Assembly: GCA_051313645.2 (NCBI GenBank)
Contig: JBNRSN020000024.1
Coordinates: 48,794,001-48,858,000 of the forward strand
DNA: 64,000 nucleotides
DNA from: Centroscyllium fabricii
Taxonomy: Eukaryota
Direction: 5' to 3'
The notes beneath the pieces were generated by a model. The model was not told the DNA's origin. It saw only the letters and a list, made by a program, of their open reading frames with translations, and did not search any database. Position 1 is the first letter of the stretch. Each line of letters starts with the position of its first letter. Below, in pieces: positions 61,862 through 64,000 of the stretch. The position numbers and the translations under genes are program-made.

Positions 61862-62300
61862 TTGCCCACATTTAGTGCCCATCCCTAAATGCCCTTGAGA
61901 GGATGGCCTTCTTGAACCGCTGCAGTCCATATGGTGTAGATACACCCACAATGTTGCGTAGCGGTTGTTTACAACTGAGTGGCTTGCTCGGCCATTTCAG
62001 AGGGCATTAAGAGTCAACCACATTGCTGTGGATCTGGAGTCACATGTAGGCCAGACCAGGTAAGGACGGCAGATTTCCTTCCCTAAAGGACATTAGTGAA
62101 CCAGATGGGTTTTTGCAACAATCGACAATGGTATCATGGTCGCCATTACTAAGACTAACATTTAATTCCAGAATTAAATTGAATTGAATTTTAAATTCCA
62201 CCAGCTGCCGTGGTGGGATTTGATCCCATATCGTCAGAGCATTTGACTGAGCCTCTGGCTTACTAGTCTAGTGACATAACCACTAGGTCATCGCCTCCCT
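61862..62300 (-). mobile_element. tRNA-derived SINE of another family
   Basis: Reverse-complement head GGAGGCGATGACCTAGTGGTTATGTCACTAGACTAGTAA...GGATCAAATCCCACCACGGCAG; a related fragment lies at ~57430-57510. Confidence 0.6.
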
Positions 62301-62555
62301 ACCACACTTTTTTATATATAGTTTCTCTTTCTTCAATCCACATTTTCATCTGGGCTTTTTTCTCTTTTTTTTTACTCTGCCAGAGCCGTTCACACCTATC
62401 CAGAGCCATCCTGTGTTCCTTCAATTTCTCCTAATATCTCGTATCTCCCCCGCCTTCTAGCCAGTTGCTGATCTTTGCTTTGTTCTTTCAGCCCCCCCCC
62501 CTTCTTTCCCCAGCCCCCACAAGCTTTAAAATCTATCCCCCCTCCCGGCTTCTCC

Positions 62556-62957
62556 ATAGAAACATAGAAACTAGGAGCAGGAGTAGGCCATTCGGCCCTT
62601 CGAGCCTGCTCCGCCATTCAATGAGATCATGGCTGATCATCCAATCCCAGCACCCTGTCCCTGCCCTCTCCCCATATCCCTCGATCCCTATCGAGCCTGC
62701 ATCAACACATATCCCATCCTATCCCCGTAACCCCACATATTGAATCCCCCTAACACTAAGGGTCAATTTATCCTGGCCAATCAACCTAACCCGCACATCT
62801 TTGGACTGTGGGAGGAAACCGGAGCACCCGGAGGAAACCCACGCAGACACAGGGAGAATGTGCAAACTCCACACAGATAGCACCCGAGGCTGGATTTGAA
62901 CCCGGGTCTCCAGTGCTGTGAGACAGCAGTGCTAACCACTAGGCCACCGTGCCGCCC
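62556..62957 (-). mobile_element. V-SINE (HE1-like)
   Basis: Complete head, V domain and tail. Confidence 0.88.
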
Positions 62958-62964
62958 AGTCTCC

Positions 62965-63001
62965 AGTTCTGAAGAAAGGTCATCGACCTGAAACGTTAAC
63001 T
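62965..63001 (+). ncRNA. Minimal type-I hammerhead ribozyme motif, family B
   Basis: AGTT-CTGAAGA-A-AGGTC ATC GACCT-GAAA-CGT-T-AACT. Confidence 0.75.
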
Positions 63002-63560
63002 CTGTTTCTCTCTCCACCGATGCTGCCTGGCCTGCTGAGTTTCTCCAGCGTTTTCTGTTGTTATTATTTTAACAACTTGCATTTCTATGTCGCTCCTTAT
63101 GCGCAGAGACACATCTCAAAGCAATGGAGAAATAGCCACAGAGCAGGAGGAAAAAGAGTATAGAGGGGCTAAGGGATGCAAAAATCTGATCAAAGAAAGG
63201 GGGACTTAAAGCCACTCGAAAACATGAAGGGAGGTGATGAGGTGCATGGGAAGTGAGTGGCTATCAATGAACAAGCAATCGAGTGTCTATAAATATATTC
63301 AAGAAGGAGTTAGATATATTTCTCAAAGCTAAAGGGATCAAGGGATATGGGGAGAAGGCAGGAACAGGGTACTAAATTTGGATGATCAACCATGATCTCA
63401 TTGAATGGTGGAGCAGGCTCGAGGGGCCGAATGGCCGACTCCTGTTCCTATCTTCGATTTTTCTATGTATCGAGATGTATGGCTAGAGGAGATTACTGAG
63501 GCAAGGTGGTGTGAGGCAATTGAAGGTCAAGAAGAGGATATTCAAATCAATTCACTACGG

Positions 63561-63942
63561 CAGGGGTCCCCAATTACCGGGCCGCGGACTGGTACCGGGC
63601 CGTGGATCATTTGGTACCGGGCCGCACAGAAAGAATAAAAACGTTTTAATTTTTATTTTATTTCCATTTTATTGACTATCGCAGTCTGCAGGGTGTTTTA
63701 TTTTGAAAAATGACCACTTCCGTCTGTGCCTCTTTTCCGCACTTGTCTCAGTCGCAGTTTTTTTCCATGCACCGATAGATTAAACCCACAAGCTAATTCT
63801 TCCCCCCCCGGTCCGTGGAAAAATTGTCCTGCATGAAACTGGTCCGTGGTCCGTGGAAAAATTGTCCTGCATGAAACTGGTCCGTGGAAAAATTGTCCTG
63901 CATGAAACTGGTCCGTGGTGCAAAAAAGGTTGGGGACCGCTG
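63561..63942. mobile_element. hAT-Charlie (MER1-like) MITE
   Basis: TIR CAGGGGTCCCCAA / TTGGGGACCGCTG, perfect 8-bp TSD CACTACGG, and three copies of GGTCCGTGGAAAAATTGTCCTGCATGAAACT. Confidence 0.9.
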
Positions 63943-64000
63943 CACTACGGTATGGGTAACCAGTGGAGCTTGGTGAGGAAGTGTGGACAAAGATGGAGGG

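Overview
Eukaryotic, repeat-saturated vertebrate DNA; the SINE and LINE families point to a cartilaginous fish. The only host gene I can identify is CRCP (RNA polymerase III subunit RPC9 / CGRP-receptor component). Three of its short coding exons lie on the minus strand at 27466-27502, 25001-25099 and 9615-9709, and the ORF track misses all three. The rest is largely intronic or flanking transposon DNA: many CR1 LINEs (one with a near-intact ORF2), Rex/Babar and L2 fragments, RTE-X-like LINEs (one with an intact 1156-aa ORF2 and an esterase ORF1), two CsRn1-clade Gypsy LTR elements (one intact with apparently identical LTRs), a Penelope-like element, V-SINEs and Deu-SINEs, and Harbinger, Tigger and hAT MITEs. 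There is also a 3-kb (ACTGGGGGAGAGAGAGAG)n purine satellite. The most unusual signal is a set of minimal type-I hammerhead ribozyme motifs in two families. One family sits in a 177-nt tandem/inverted retrozyme-like unit that shares its ribozyme and 3' end with the Penelope element in this window. All calls are by eye, and many transposon boundaries are approximate.
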